Assembly (NCBI GenBank): GCA_949358305.1
Contig: OX442314.1
Span: 21,762,001 to 21,826,000, forward strand
Length of the DNA: 64,000 nt
From: Strigamia acuminata
Taxonomy: Eukaryota
Direction of reading: 5' to 3'
The translations under genes and the position numbers were made by a program. The notes beneath the pieces were generated by a model. The model saw only the letters and a list, made by a program, of their open reading frames with translations. It searched no databases and had not been told where the DNA came from. How positions within the stretch are numbered: the first letter of the stretch is position 1; every line of letters begins with the position of its first letter. Positions 52,601 to 64,000 of the stretch are shown here, one piece after another.

Positions 52601-53954
52601 CGATGAAGTTCTTATATCGCCTGTCATGATTCAGGATCATATGCCTGATAAAGTTATGGAAGCATTGCAAAAGGTTCTTACTCATCATGTTCTTGAATTT
52701 TAATTATCGTCGAAGACCTATTAGGGCTACGTAACCCTTTGTAAAATTTCACATTTGTGAGAATAAGTGTTACAACATCTTAATAGGCCTTCGTTAATTG
52801 TCCAGTTGAGTTATTTTTGAAATAGTGCGTTGATGAATGACTTTTTTTTGCTTGAAATGTGATTCGTGCAGGTGCTGAGCAATGTTGGACCAGCAAAACC
52901 TCAACGCGTATTTTTAGAAAGCGAAACCAAGGATACCTGCATTCCCGAATCCAGCCATTCTTCACCACTGGATCGAACTCCTCCTCACAAATTGTGCCTG
53001 GAAACAAGCTTCACTGATCTAAATCCTGAAAGTAACCGTTCTAGTACCTACAGTGAAGCTGGTGTGATTAACTGCGAATTCCCGTCCGCTCTTGAAGACC
53101 ATTTAGTGCGAGTTTTCCGCGAACAAAAAACTAATTTTTATTCCTCAAACATCGGCATGCCCAGCAGGAAAGTCGACCTGATTCGCGACGAATGGATGGG
53201 CTATGCCCCGTTGGCTTCTCCCGAAACACTCTCCGATGTCTCGAGTATTGGTTCGAAGGGCAGCAGGGGCAATCTGAACAATTCTAAAAACGCGCCGAAA
53301 CAAATGGAAACGATAGTCCAGTCGCCCGCCACATCAAAAACCGACAACGGCATTGTGTATGTCGAAGTTCCTCTAGACGAGCCATCGGACAGCGAAGGGA
53401 TCATCGACGTAACCGACGTGCATGTAAATAACGTTGCGGGTGTTTTAGAAACAAATTTAGATTTTAAGTTTTACGTGGACGACGAGTCGGAGTCGCCGAG
53501 CAAACTTTCACCGAAAACAGACGGCGTGTTGGAAGTTTATGATTGCAAACGGACCGGTTCTAGTTTGAGTGTAAATCCACGACCGGTTTCGCCGAGGGAG
53601 AAGAAAGTGACGTTCCAAATGGACCAATTAACGGGTGAAAACGACGAGAGCAAGCCGATGAACGTGGATTTATTTACTTCGTACGACTACACGCAACAAT
53701 ATCCGACACCGTCGCCCAGCGGGAGCACTCCGACGATGGAGATTTCGGTGTACCAAGCGAATTTGGCGAATGCGATGAGAGGTTTGGATCTGAAACAGAA
53801 TAATAAAATCACGGCGCAAGTTCCCAGTCCGGATCAGAAGCAGGATGCGTCGCCGTCCGACTTGGATGCCACGTTGGACACGGCTACGAAACAAGATCCT
53901 GCTGTCAAGTTATTTTTTGAGGTTGGAAATTTCACGGAAGAAAGCAGTGTATGA
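31635..53954 (+). CDS. DAGLA: Diacylglycerol lipase alpha (inaE-like). Approximate exons: 31635-31729, 47860-48071, 48375-48476, 48978-49154, 49553-49637, 50032-50166, 50237-50314, 50382-50816, 50880-51103, 51683-51823, 51913-52115, [52390-52413], 52541-52673, 52872-53954
   Basis: Begins MPGIVVFNRRWSVGSDDLVVP; four hydrophobic segments; FFRDLDVVPSDVIAGLVLL, ETPFFVAVDH, SIRGTLS, GHSLG (Ser), GKDVVPR (Asp), QDHMPD (His); long low-complexity tail typical of the alpha type. Confidence 0.95.
41558..41700. repeat. AT-rich 21-bp tandem repeat (TTCTTAAATTTTAATTTCTGT)
   Basis: Several degenerate tandem units. Confidence 0.8.
43935..44378. mobile_element. Tc1/mariner (pogo/Tigger-like) MITE, 444 bp, in DAGLA intron 1
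   Basis: TA|CCGTATATACTCGCGTATA ... TATACGCGAGTATATACGG|TA, with internal TCGCATTATACGCG repeats. Confidence 0.9.
44630..44835. repeat. Degenerate ~23-bp minisatellite (CTATGAGAAACGATAGAACACAT)
   Basis: Two near-perfect units and several degenerate ones. Confidence 0.7.
45589..45969. mobile_element. Degenerate hAT-type MITE
   Basis: Imperfect termini CGGGGCCTGATTAAG ... CTTAATCAAGTCCTG, GC-rich ends and an AT-rich core; no TSD found. Confidence 0.5.
51126..51340. repeat. ~21-bp tandem repeat (TAAAATTTGAATTTTTTAAAA) in a DAGLA intron
   Basis: About 8-10 direct units. Confidence 0.9.
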
Positions 53955-55946
53955 TACGATTGTCAATGTTTGGCAGCTGACATTCCTAGATTTATTGTAT
54001 TTATTCGACTTATTTCTTGTACAAAATATATTTTTCTTTCTTTTTTGGAAATTAATTTTTCACGTTTGTTGTAAATATATAGGCAGAGATTTTTAAATTG
54101 AATCGATTATGATTGATTATGAGGTTAAAGTGACGTTTGCGGAATTGTGCTGTCTTTGAGCTCAACAAATTGCCATCTGATTAAAGTATAGTAACAATTT
54201 TTGCACAATTTGGAAAGTTTTTCTCAAATACTCTCTTCGTTTCACCGTCTCATGCCTTCTAAGTAATGGCAATTCAAACAAATACGGCACAGATATTTGA
54301 ATCTCAAGTTTTGATGTTTTTTTTTTTCGTATAATATTTATTTTGAATCAAAATTTGAAGTATACATTCTGCACAAAAATTTAAAATAAAATATTCGCGT
54401 GTAGATTCGTTCGGATACACATTGAAACATACTGAACTTAACTCTGTTTTATTGTAAAATGAATGGTTCCTATAATTAGATGCACAGTGTATAGTTAAAA
54501 TAAAGCTTGCAGACTGCGGGAAATGGTTTTTAGTCCGGATATTTAAAGGGATTTGCAGTAGGAAACATTAATTTTACAAAGAATAGCTGTCTATGTAACT
54601 TCTTCCATGTGACTTTGAGCTTACGATTTTGTCAATATACAAGTTTTTGTTTATAACAGATTACAAGTAAGAAATATTTTCTAAAAACATTAATGTTATT
54701 GTACTTTTTAATTGGTTTGGCATATAAAGTGATTGAAATTATCATGGTTTTTCTCTACTGAAACGTTTTGTACGCCACGTAATGTATAGAGAGGACAAAT
54801 TTGTTGATAACAATTGTAAATTTTCTGTTGGATCCATTTTTTTTTCTCTTCTATTTCAGTCTGTAGAGTAGTGCTATTTTACCAATCACGTTAAAACATT
54901 TTCATCAACAAAGTTGTAGGCGTTGACATTTAAAAACAACAAAAAAAATGGGAAAACATTTTATCTACAATATTTTTCACTTCATTTTTATGACGTCTCA
55001 GAAATGTCTATTTTGAAAATTATTATTAAAAAAAATGTATATATAATTCAATTTTTGTCAGTTATGCTGATATGCACTATGATAATTAAATTGAAAGAAA
55101 TAAAGAAAAAATTTCAACTTTATCCAATTTTTATGCTAATCTTAACTTGTCAACAACAAACATTTCGCAAAAAGCAGCAAGAAATCATTGATGCTCAAGC
55201 ACAGCATAATAATGCAGTTTCTTACTCAACACAAAACTAAGGAGTTACAATGACGTCACGATGACTCAGCAACTCAATTAATTACCCATAACCCCACTTG
55301 TGAACCAAAATCGAAACTCATTTCTTGTCAGGTGTCATATACCACCAAACAAAGGGAGAAAAATCAGGAAAGTTTAGAGGAATTTGGTGTTCTAAAATAC
55401 CTCGTAATATTAATCAATTTTTTAAGATTTTGGCTAAAACTAATATCGACGTTCGTAATTTAATTGATTTTCTTTTGATCAACAGGTACAAGTAGGTACA
55501 ACGACCGCGCGGACCAATTTACGTACCAGTCTCAAAGACGAGAGAGAATCTTTGTTTGGACAACAATTGTAAGTGTAACATGGGATGAATTCCTGAGGTT
55601 GGTACGATGAAATCTGTTGATTAGAGCGTCGAGCGATCAGTTGAGTAATCAGATCGGGATAAGTGCATCAAAACTAGAAATGAAAAAATGATGATCGTTG
55701 ATCGGGAGTAGGACTTCGAAATAAAAATTAGACACGAATATCAATAAAAAATTAATTTCCAACATTCCACATCAGAAAATCCGTTCGAGTTCTCAAAGTT
55801 TAGTAATCACCACAGCCATCCGATTAGAAATGGCGCCTTTTATCTTTCACCACCAGGGTGCACTTTCAACAGGACAATAATTTTACTAAAACTCTTTCCA
55901 CATTCAAGAAATAAATTAAAGAAAAATAAATTATTTATGAAAATAG

Positions 55947-56993
55947 ATGTCCCATCAACATGGCCTAGGAATCGATCGAGAAAACCGAAAACGACCCGCT
56001 GTATTCTATTATAGAGAGTTGGATGACAACAAAGACAGGGCCAAATTTCGACGAACTCGCTTCAGATCTCGTGAAAGGACGACGTTATCACAAGTAGAAG
56101 GAACACCCACACCATCACGTGGCCAAGGAATCCCACAATTTACATCATCGTTTCATGAGCGCGCCCCTAAATTCGTCTATGGGAATGCTGAACCCAGCAT
56201 ATTAGCATACACCGTGACGAATAGCTCCCTACGACAGTCGAGGGCCACTCCTGCTGATAACAATCCGCACTTCACTACGACCAACACCAAACCGATTGAA
56301 GCCATTCAAGAGAACGCCTCACTACATGAATGTATGGAAGTTCCAGTTGTTGCTGATAGTCCATTTGAACAGGAGCAGAAAGTCCATTTGCCTGCATCGC
56401 TCGAAGACTATAAGGAGGAGGCACTTGACGAGAAAAAACAGTTTAAGGAATCTGAGTTGACGGGAATACACAAATCCGCCTTACAAGTGGCATCAAGAAG
56501 ACGGACTCCAACTCCCTCATTTGGCGATACTGACCCGTTTGAACCTTCCGAGTGGTTCCAACGTGCTCGTGAATTTATAAGAGTGGTAGCAATTTATGTT
56601 TATGACTTAAGTTATTTAATTTCTGAAGTGGCTCATCAATTTGATGATATTACTCCTTTGATCAATTTATTACGTGAGGCACAAACCCTGGTGTTAGCCG
56701 AGACCCGCATCCACCCACTTTTTAACGTTCGCTGTGACGTCTGGGACGAAGGTGTATTACGTGTACATCGGGCTTATGGCTTTTATGTAAAATTTTGGAG
56801 AGATAAGTTACCTTTCGCCTACACCTTGGATTCCAACCTTTACTTGGAGTCGCTTTACGAATATGAGCTAACTTATGACCAAAAACCATTCAGAAAAATT
56901 GCAATACCACCGAACTTCCTCGACGAGGAAATACCATGCAGATGTAAATGGTGCACCATCTTACGTTTGAAAAAGACTCCGGCTAAAGCCTGA
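55947..56993 (+). CDS. Hypothetical 348-aa single-exon protein
   Basis: Stop-free 1047-nt ORF, more GC-rich than its flanks, with AG immediately before the ATG. Family not recognised. Confidence 0.6.
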   Translation: MSHQHGLGIDRENRKRPAVFYYRELDDNKDRAKFRRTRFRSRERTTLSQVEGTPTPSRGQGIPQFTSSFHERAPKFVYGNAEPSILAYTVTNSSLRQSRATPADNNPHFTTTNTKPIEAIQENASLHECMEVPVVADSPFEQEQKVHLPASLEDYKEEALDEKKQFKESELTGIHKSALQVASRRRTPTPSFGDTDPFEPSEWFQRAREFIRVVAIYVYDLSYLISEVAHQFDDITPLINLLREAQTLVLAETRIHPLFNVRCDVWDEGVLRVHRAYGFYVKFWRDKLPFAYTLDSNLYLESLYEYELTYDQKPFRKIAIPPNFLDEEIPCRCKWCTILRLKKTPAKA

Positions 56994-57561
56994 AATAGAA
57001 ACGTCACTTTTTTGGAATTGACAGGAATGATTTTGCAATTTGTTGTATGGTAGTTAAACAGTTTTAAATGAATAATTTGTGTTGAGTCTGCAATTTTTTT
57101 TAGGGTTTTGTGCTGTTTAATTTTTCCTAAACTAAGTTTTTTTTTCCATCTTCTCTGTATCAATGGCTAAAAAATGTTTATTTTAAATTTATATAATCAG
57201 TGTGAAAATCAAAATTGAAAAAAAAAATAAAGATAAAACCAATTTTATGCTAGGAAAGTTTAGAAATTTTTATGTCGTGAATGCATTCGATTACACGGAA
57301 ACTGTTACCGGATATTATTGATATTGAAGAAAACAAACAGGATGCTACAAGTCATTTTTTTAATAACAGATTTAGTCTAAGTTATTGTTCTTTGAAGAAA
57401 TTGGTGTGAGAAGGTGAGTACAGCTGTTTGTAAAATTAAATTAATTACTAAATTAAAATTAGATGATGCAATTTACAAATGTATCGTGGGTGGATCGCTT
57501 TTTCGACATTCACTATAAATTATTTTTGGGGTTTAACTGGTATTAATTCAGTAACTCTAAT

Positions 57562-57696
57562 CAAGGGCGGATCCAGAAAATGTACAAGGAGATGTCCATT
57601 TTGGTTCAACTTTTCACACAAAAATTTAATGTTTTTGGCCAAAAATTGAAAGTTATTAGTCAATTTTTGGTCTTAAAAATGAAGGATCTGTCCCTG
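57562..57696. mobile_element. Small degenerate hAT-type MITE
   Basis: Termini CAAGGGCGGATCC ... GGATCTGTCCCTG. Confidence 0.5.
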
Positions 57697-57785
57697 ATTT
57701 CTGTAGTTATGAACAAAGGGTGAAAATAAATTCTGGCTTGGCGAGGCGTAGCAGCAGTGTTAACAATGTTTTATTATCTTGCAGA

Positions 57786-58239
57786 ATGGAGCAAGAGCAT
57801 TCAGTAGATCAAAATAAAGATGCTAAAGAAACTCAAGAAGTAATCCCTTCAGACAATAAAATACCAACAATTACCATAGCAGGTGCAGATGAGGAAAACC
57901 TCTCATTGTCCACAACTGGCGAAACAGAGGGAGAAGAAAGTTCAATACCTACAACTAACGAAACAGTTGAAGTCATTTCAATACCCACAACTAACGAAAC
58001 CGTAGAAGATAGTTCAATTCCCAGAACAGAAGCAGAAGCAGACGCCATTTCAATAGCTAATGAAGCAGAAGTTGAGAACAGTAAAATAGGAGAAGAAAAT
58101 ATTCCACTGGCCACAACCGAAGAAGAAGAGAAAAAAATTTCATTGACCACAACTGAAACGGAAGAAAAAGCCACCATAATTGGACCAGCACCAAAGCCAT
58201 TGATTTACAACCTTGTGAAACGATCGCACAGACCTAAAG
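57786..58239 (+). CDS. Acidic Thr/Glu-rich exon, probable alternative first coding exon of parvin
   Basis: Acceptor TTGCAG|A ATG; 151 open codons; phase-1 donor AAG|GTATAC matches the phase of the parvin exon at 59239. Confidence 0.6.
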
Positions 58240-58967
58240 GTATACATCAGATGTAAATAAACCTCTCGCCAGAGATTTATTTACTAATCTAGTTTGGGAG
58301 AGAAAACAAGGAACAATAAGCTTCTGTTAGTTTCAATTTAGTCGGATAGATGGAGCCACTTACGATTGCTTTTATTCAGTGTCAATGGAATAACTTATTT
58401 AAAATCTTTGTTACTTTACGTAGTGATAAAAATTACAAATGAACAAAGATGTGTCACTTTTCCTCCATTTATATTTTGGCAGTGGCAGTGGCACATCTTA
58501 ATGTGGCAAATTCGAGGAACAAAATCTAAGTTCAAGTGAAAAATAAAAGTAAAAAGTACGGAGCATTATTTGAGACATTTTTATAAATTGCCCCTTTTTT
58601 CACCGAATTTGCAACGTAAAGAAACAAGAACGGATTATATGTACTCTAGAATCAATCGGATAAAAACTAAAAATCTGCAAATATATTAGAATAACTATTG
58701 TAAACCATAACTACATTCATTAATAAAACCGCCAAAAAATGAAAGTAAAAAGTGTTTTCCACCATACAATTTAAAAAACAAAATATAATAAACGAAAATA
58801 ATGAAAATGTTCCGCAGAAATGACTCAGGATATTCTTTCGTAATAAGCTTGAATTGCGTTAAAAGGTCAAACAAATGACATATTAGGACGGTGAAAAATT
58901 GTTACATATAAACCTCCGTACTGTGGATGCAATTTCCTTACGTGAACTCATACTGCCATCTGCTGCC

Positions 58968-60731
58968 ATGGCATCACCAAGACCAAAGTCTCCTCGTCCC
59001 CCATCTACTCCGCAACGGCAGAAAAAGGATGACTCGTTTTTAGAATTTATCGGTACTTTAGGTCGAAAGAAGAAAATAAAGGAAGGTAAAACGCTTCGTA
59101 GACAAGTAGAATTATCAAATTGTTTGCTATTTCTAAATGTTTTGACCCAACCCACTTGCACTATTTACGTCCATTTCCTGCCCTAATAAGGTAATCAGTA
59201 AGTTGAGCTACATGACCAATAAAATGTTTTAATTTTCAGTTCAAGAAGTACAAGATGAAGGCAAAGATGCTATTGATTCACCTGGAAGTCCAACGTCTCC
59301 AGATTTACCTCCGCAGGAGTATATTTTGGGTAAAAAGAAATGTTAAAAACTGATTTTTATTTATTTTGATGTAAAAATATTTGTTTTTTATTTTTATTAG
59401 ATGAAAATGAGGAACGATCGATGATTGAACCGCAATCATATCTGGATCCGAAATTAAAGGAACTGATGGCTGTTCTTATGGAATGGATAAACGATGAATT
59501 AGCTTCGCAGCGAATTATTATCAAGGATCTTGAGGAGGATTTGTACGATGGACAAGTCCTGCAGAAATTAATGGGTAGATAAAATTAAAATTTAAAAAAA
59601 AAAAGAGAGAGTATTATTTTATTTATTTGTTTATTTTTGTTTAGAAAAATTAACCGGTGTACGATTGGATGTTGTCGAGGTGACGCAGAACGAAGAAGGC
59701 CAGAAACAGAAATTGAAAATGGTTTTAGATGCAGTTCAAAAGTGGCTCGGACTTGGACGTTGGAGCACACAAAAATGGAGCGTGGATGGTGAGTATTTTA
59801 AATTATTTTTTTCGATGTAAATGACCAAATAAACAGGATTTTAATCTCCATTTATTCCAGCTATTCATTCGAAGAATCTTGTTGCAATATTGCATTTATT
59901 GGTTTCGCTTGCACGACATTTCCGAGCGCCCGTCAGACTGACTGAAAACGTCGTTATTAACTTGGTGGTTGTGCAAAAAGCAGCCGGGATACTTCAAACG
60001 CGAAGAGTTCCCGAAGAAATAACGACCACATACGAGTAAGCGTTGAAAAAATGTAAAATTATTTTTTTTTTTAAATTAATGAGTTATGTTTAAACTTTGT
60101 AGTGATCTCGGATTGCGATTTGGTAATTTTTGTTTTTAATTCGTTCGATAAAAAAAAAATATATATATATAAATAATGTATTTAAATGTTTATCCAATCA
60201 GATAGAGATGCTTTTGACACTTTGTTCGACCATGCTCCTGATAAACTACAAGTTGTTAAAAAGTCGTTGGTTACTTTTGTCAACAAACATTTAAATAAAA
60301 TCAATCTGGAAGTGAATGATCTGGACACGCAGTTTCACGACGGGGTTTATTTGATTCTACTTTTCGGTCTTTTGGAGGGCTATTTTGTGCCTTTGCATTA
60401 TTTCTACTTGACGCCAACTACGTTTGAGCAAAAGGTAATAATATTTACCTTTTAATTTTTTAATTTTTAATTAATTAGTTAATTGATTTGTGTGTTTACA
60501 GGTGCACAATGTCGCGTTTGCCTTCGAGTTGTCGCAAGATGCGGGCTTGCTCAAACCCAAAGCAAGACCAGAAGGTAAATTTTTAGAGCGAGTTATGAAT
60601 ATTTCTTTATTATTTTTTTTATCTAAATAATTATTTTTGTAGATGTAGTAAATGGTGACTTGAAGTCTACTCTGCGTGTATTATACAACATGTTTACTAA
60701 GTACAAGCATTTGGAGTTGGGAACAAGATAA
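58968..60731 (+). CDS. Parvin: Parvin (alpha/beta-like, two CH domains), 9 exons including a 20-nt exon at 60103-60122
   Basis: KKDDSFLEFIGTLGRKKK, EWINDELASQRIIIKDLEEDLYDGQVLQKL, DRDAFDTLFDHAPDKL, VNGDLKSTLRVLYNMFTKYK. Confidence 0.95.
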
Positions 60732-63700
60732 ATACTTTAACCAGTTAAAAATATATATACAAAGTGCATTTATCGGCAGCTAAATTAATTGGTTTTTGAT
60801 GGTTTCATTGAATGGCAGTTTATCGCTGATCGATGATTGAATTGGTGGTTATTAATTTCGGCGTCTATTTGATCTTGTGGCGAAAAATTGGTAAAATACG
60901 GTAAACATGGTAGGTGCATTCAAAAGTAATTTAGACAAAACAGCATATTTATAATTTGCTTATATCGATCTAACTTTAAAAATGGAGTCTGATTTAGTTT
61001 GTTTTCAGTCGCAGTGGGTGTGCGCACAACATTTAAACAACAAAACATGTTTAAACGCAAGTTAAAGTTAGTGGTTATTTGATAAATCGTCATTTGATGA
61101 ACTGTATACCATCAATGAAAATTGTAAGAAATTTAAAAAATTATAATAATAATTTTTTAAAATTTTTTATTTTTATTTTTATTAATTTTTTTAAGCCTAA
61201 AATACTAAATAACATCAGATTGATTGCCAAAATAAATTTGTATAAAGTATTATATATGAATAACAAGGAATGAAATATACAATTTTTACAGAAAATTATA
61301 CTGATGAAACATTCTATATTATATTATATTACATAAATTCTATTTATCTAATAATTAAAGAGATTTAAAAATGTTGCCAAAACAATTTTTCCTTTTGTTA
61401 GATTTTCAGGAATTTCTTTAATCATCTCATTTTTCGTCTGTTTCTAAGGCAACAAATACCATTCTTCGAAATGTTTCCTTAGAAATAACAGAAAACAAGT
61501 ACTGTATTTTGATAAATATTGCCTTTTATTGCTGAGATTAAATTTCATTAATGATGTATAATATTTGTTGTATTTTCAAAAATTGAATTAATTTTTTCTC
61601 CAAAAAGAAAACAAACTCCATTCAAATTGGCTGGGATAAAATAAAAATAAATTCGTAAGTCAAGCGTACTTTAAACAAAATAAAATTTCAACAAAAAATT
61701 CCCGAGCCACGAGAAAAAAAGATTCGACGAAGAGTTGGAGTTGGTTTTAAAAAGAAAAGAAGAAAGAAAAAAAATCCTTGAATAACATAACTGTGTGTCT
61801 TTTTTTTTATTCCGTGGTTGAAAGAGTCGTGATTGGTGAACGATGTGTAGTAACGTCATGACTTCGCCCACCCGGTGCGCAGAAATATGCGCAATGGTCG
61901 GGTGCGTTGTCCAGATTCTTTGTGTCATTCTTAGCATACCAAGGAGCGAGTATACTTGAAAATTGGCGAGGAAAAAGTGAGCAAATAGCGAGTAAAGTAG
62001 ACCAAGAACTGTTTCAACTTTAAGATAGGTAAGTACACAAGAAGGGTTATGCGATTACGGTGGAAAAAAAGGGTGACATGCGAAGGAAATCGCGATCGGA
62101 ATGATCGAAATGTACGCTGGCATTTACCACATATTTGGCGTGTTTGGGCCGCAACATCCGGGGTCCGAGCGATTTCAGGGAACTTGAGCCACATTTTACA
62201 CTCGAATTATTCTTCTACTGTTGGGAGTTGATAATTGAAATCGTAACAAATCACATTTTGATGGATTATCACATTTATTCAATCGTTTTTATTTTATTTT
62301 GTTTTGCGGAAAAAGATACGTTTGTTTACATGGTGAAAAGATTGAGGATATGCGTGCGTTGGTGCTTTCAAAGTGCTATTGAGTAATTGAAATCTTTATC
62401 ACTAGGATATTTTTATTTTATTTTGTTTTATTTTATTTTATTTTTTGGGTTTTTATGATTTTACGTGATATTTCCACATTTTAGTGGTGATATTCCATTT
62501 GGATGTGAAAATATTTATTTATTTCTTTATGTTTTTTTTTAAAATGATTACCGGTAACTGAAATTTTCAAATAATTTTGTGCTGTTGTTATCCGCCTTTT
62601 CCGTTTACCCGTAGTGTCCCGTGTAAGCCTAGCGCTTACGCAACGGCCATCGCGTCGTTTTTTCGAGTTAAAAATGGTTTAATTATGAGTTTAATAGGTT
62701 TGAGGTGGTCTCGGTTGAGTTTGGTTGTGGAAATAGAAATTTAAGAGAAAATTGTTTGTTTTCAAACAGTTGTAACAGCTCGCCCTCCACGTTTGCCGTG
62801 ATCTCGATGCCTGTTGCTTCTTCCATGGCGAAATTTAAAGTTGCTTTTGTTTTCTACTTTTGGCCAGTTTTGCACAAATTCAATTCCATTTTTTCAACGG
62901 AATTTCATACCACAATTTATTGATAAATTCAAGAAACAAATGAAAGATTTTTTTTTGTTCAATTTGATAGTTGCTTTTTTCTTTTTCTAAAAAAAAAAGA
63001 TCGAAATAAATCAAAATTTGATGATCAAATAACATTGAAACTTGATGTTTCAACATTTAATCGATAATTGAAAGAAAAATACCCTTTCTTAAATTGTTAA
63101 TTAAACATTTTAGAATGATAAAAAAAATATTATTGTCTTTTTCAACTTGTAAATCTCTGAAATGAAATGAAGATTTATGACACCTTTTATGGTTCTTGAG
63201 AGAGGGAAAAGAAAGTAATTAGACGATAACCAAAATTTATTAGACTTAATCTAATCCCCCAAAAAATAAATATAAATAAAAATGACTTGATGAACAAAAG
63301 CAAGAGAGGGCGAAATAAAATAAAAATGGAGAAGTAAAAATTTTGATCCAAATAAATTACGAGCAATTTAACAATTCACTGTTACTAAAACAGGAAGTGG
63401 ATGAGACAGTTGTCAACAATAGCCATTGAAATGGATATAAAAAATTATATCCAACTCTCCTTCCCCTTGTTCAATCGTATAAAAGTCTCCCCTATTTCTT
63501 TGTACATCATCTTTTCAATTTATAATCTGGCATTTCCTGTTGGGACAGGTTATTATCTCTTAAGATTGTTCTGTTCTGTTCACCTGTCTGACAGGTGGCA
63601 AGAAACTGTTGAGAAAATAGAAAATTAAATAGATATTTATTATTTACTTTTTACCTCATTTGTAGGAATTTGTTTAAAGTTAAATTAACGGTGGTGACAC

Positions 63701-64000
63701 AAAATGTTAGATCGACGGCGATCGTGCTTTCATGCGGGCGAGGGTTGACTCGCTGCGGCCAACGGAGGGAAACTCCGTACAAAGTTTTAAAAAATATTTT
63801 TCCGATTTTTAGACAGAGAAATTTTTTGCAATTTCAATTGGTATAGTTTGGATTGTTTTTTGTTTTTTGAAACAAGCCTCACCCATTTTTTTTTTTTAAA
63901 AAAAAGCTAGTTACCCAGCGAGCAAAGTCAATCCGGATCTGTTGTGTAATTGTTTTCTTAGAATCCAGTTTTAAAAGGGTTGTTTAGTCTCAAGTTTTGG

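Noticed and set aside
7475..53954. Acid lipases plus DAG lipase as a functional lipid gene cluster
   Set aside because: Distant families separated by unrelated genes; no evidence of co-regulation.
55580..55720. Possible non-LTR reverse transcriptase fragment (..KMMIVDR)
   Set aside because: Too short and degenerate to support.
61600..64000. CpG-richer patches and short ORFs at the right end
   Set aside because: No recognisable coding or RNA motif; possibly the 5' region of a gene outside the window.

Overview
AT-rich eukaryotic DNA with mostly 60-80 bp GT-AG introns, from an invertebrate, probably an arthropod (inferred from gene content; species not determinable). In order: the 5' part of Nup205 (minus strand, runs off the left edge); a head-to-head THAP-domain gene derived from a P-element-type transposase with its catalytic residues lost; five acid-lipase genes (2 plus, 3 minus) interleaved with a decayed THAP duplicate and many TE relics; a 5-exon 263-aa gene that the ORF track misses; an intron-containing EXT2 (exostosin-2) pseudogene with a 1.7-kb palindromic Tc1 element inserted into an exon; diacylglycerol lipase alpha with a 16-kb first intron and a candidate 24-nt neural microexon; an intronless orphan ORF; and parvin with a candidate alternative acidic first exon. 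All calls come from reading the sequence and recalling protein families; no searches were run.
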